The notes under the pieces were generated by a model. It ran no database searches and was not told the DNA's origin. It worked only from the letters and a program-made list of their open reading frames with translations. Both the position numbers and the translations under genes were made by a program. From Wallemia ichthyophaga EXF-994 (lineage: Eukaryota; Fungi; Basidiomycota), in the NCBI RefSeq assembly GCF_000400465.1, contig NW_008806293.1, forward strand, positions 152,601 through 184,600: DNA of 32,000 nucleotides. The letters run 5' to 3'. Shown one piece after another: positions 30,987 through 32,000 of the stretch (within the stretch, counting starts at the first letter, position 1; every line of letters starts with the position of its first letter).

Positions 30987-31604
30987 TGAAGAAGACTTAA
31001 AGGTTGAGAGATGAAGATGTAGAGAAATACTGACTGAAATTTATGTGCTCAGGTAAATGCAATTAATTTGTGAAAAATTTAGATCGGCGAGCTTCTAGCA
31101 CAAATAAATCACGCAAAAAGGAAATTCAGTACCCGCAGCTGTCGAAAACCGCAGGTATTAAGAAATGGAAGCAAATTTTTTCGGCGTTTGAGCGTCACAA
31201 AGGCAGACTAGAATGGCTTATCTCTGATCAAATCGGATTAGTCACTGTGACGCCTATCCAGCCTCGCTCAATCGATGTCGTTCATCATAAGCGCTCAAGG
31301 GCATCATTATACCCCTGTTTCACTCATGTTGGGTCTTTAGACGCGTAACTCAACATTGGAAGTAGAGTTTAGGTGTCGCATTTCACTAATCAGTGTGAAA
31401 TCTTGTCAAATTGAATAAATACAATACACAGGGGCTTCCTTTTACCTTCAAATTCAGCTGATATACAACTTTAGCCAAATTACTTGGCATTTCACCAAAT
31501 GACAAGATGTGATAACACCGAGAATCATCAGCCCAACTATGTATTTAAGAAGCACACATACATTCTCAACTCCTTATATCTCAAGATAGAAATTTACTTC
31601 AACA

Positions 31605-32000
31605 ATGCTAAAGCTCTCGCCGTTTTCACCTTCACTGCCACCATCGCACCAGTAGCCTCTAAAAGTAACATCTCCCGTCGTGGAAATGATAGGGATGTCG
31701 AATACATAAAATGACAGCTCTGGCAAGGAGTTGATTCCAAGAATGACGACACTTACGGCAAATACGATAAACAAGACAAGCTATCCCACGAAGACGCGTT
31801 CAAGAAGCACCGCGAGGAGGTCGAAAAGCATATCAAGCCGAACAACGATACTGGCGAAAAGAACAAACCGGATTTCAAGGTTGGTGGTAGCGATGTTTGT
31901 TGAATGTTGGCTTACAATCAGAAGCAGAAGACAGACGAGTACAGGAATATAGTCGTTTACAAGAAACTTTCATCAACCCACTTATCCATCCACTTCACGA
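31605..32000 (+). CDS. Hypothetical small, possibly secreted, charged protein; 3'-partial with unresolved 5' structure
   Basis: The coding-like frame LWQGVDSKNDDTYGKYDKQDKLSHEDAFKKHREEVEKH (from 31718) continues across a stop-containing intron at 31880-31921. A second putative intron lies at 31652-31717. ATG 31605 is out of frame with the downstream hydrophobic stretch. Confidence 0.4.

Noticed and set aside
1-32000. Transposons, CRISPR arrays, rRNA or horizontally acquired prokaryotic islands
   Set aside because: No transposase, RT or integrase motifs, no terminal repeats and no spaced direct-repeat arrays were seen. Genes carry typical host spliceosomal introns or are eukaryotic housekeeping genes.

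Overview
Gene-dense, spliced eukaryotic DNA from a compact fungal genome. It is most likely a basidiomycete of the Wallemia type; this is inferred from the ~42-56 nt GT-AG introns with CTRAY branch points, the very short intergenic spacers and an acid-rich class I hydrophobin. About 19 protein-coding genes can be rebuilt by manual splicing: IPA1/UBE3D-like HECT_2 protein, SMP/C2 (Mug190-like) protein, EMW1/TTC27, a USP deubiquitinase, a J-domain membrane protein, SNF1/AMPK beta subunit, ribosomal protein P1, NADPH oxidase NoxB, an unknown protein with two Crinkler-type ubiquitin-like domains, a Gyp8/TBC1D20 RabGAP, mitochondrial DNA polymerase gamma, two head-to-head PTGR-like oxidoreductases, a degenerate ketohexokinase-like PfkB protein, a KduD-like SDR, a D-2-hydroxyacid dehydrogenase, NUS1, a hydrophobin and a partial gene at the right edge. 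There is also an intron-containing tRNA-Val(CAC). The standout non-obvious element is an H/ACA guide RNA (1166-1313) inside the only long intron in the window (217 nt, in IPA1/UBE3D). Its 5' pocket matches U2 snRNA Psi42 (snR81-like) with canonical geometry. Its 3' pocket appears to target U2 U38 rather than rRNA. Other points of interest are an apparent N-terminal fusion or extension of IPA1, a probable PfkB pseudoenzyme, a possible sugar-acid gene pair with a CGG-rich bidirectional promoter, and a tRNA-Val with U73. All assignments come from motif recognition by eye; no database searches were run.
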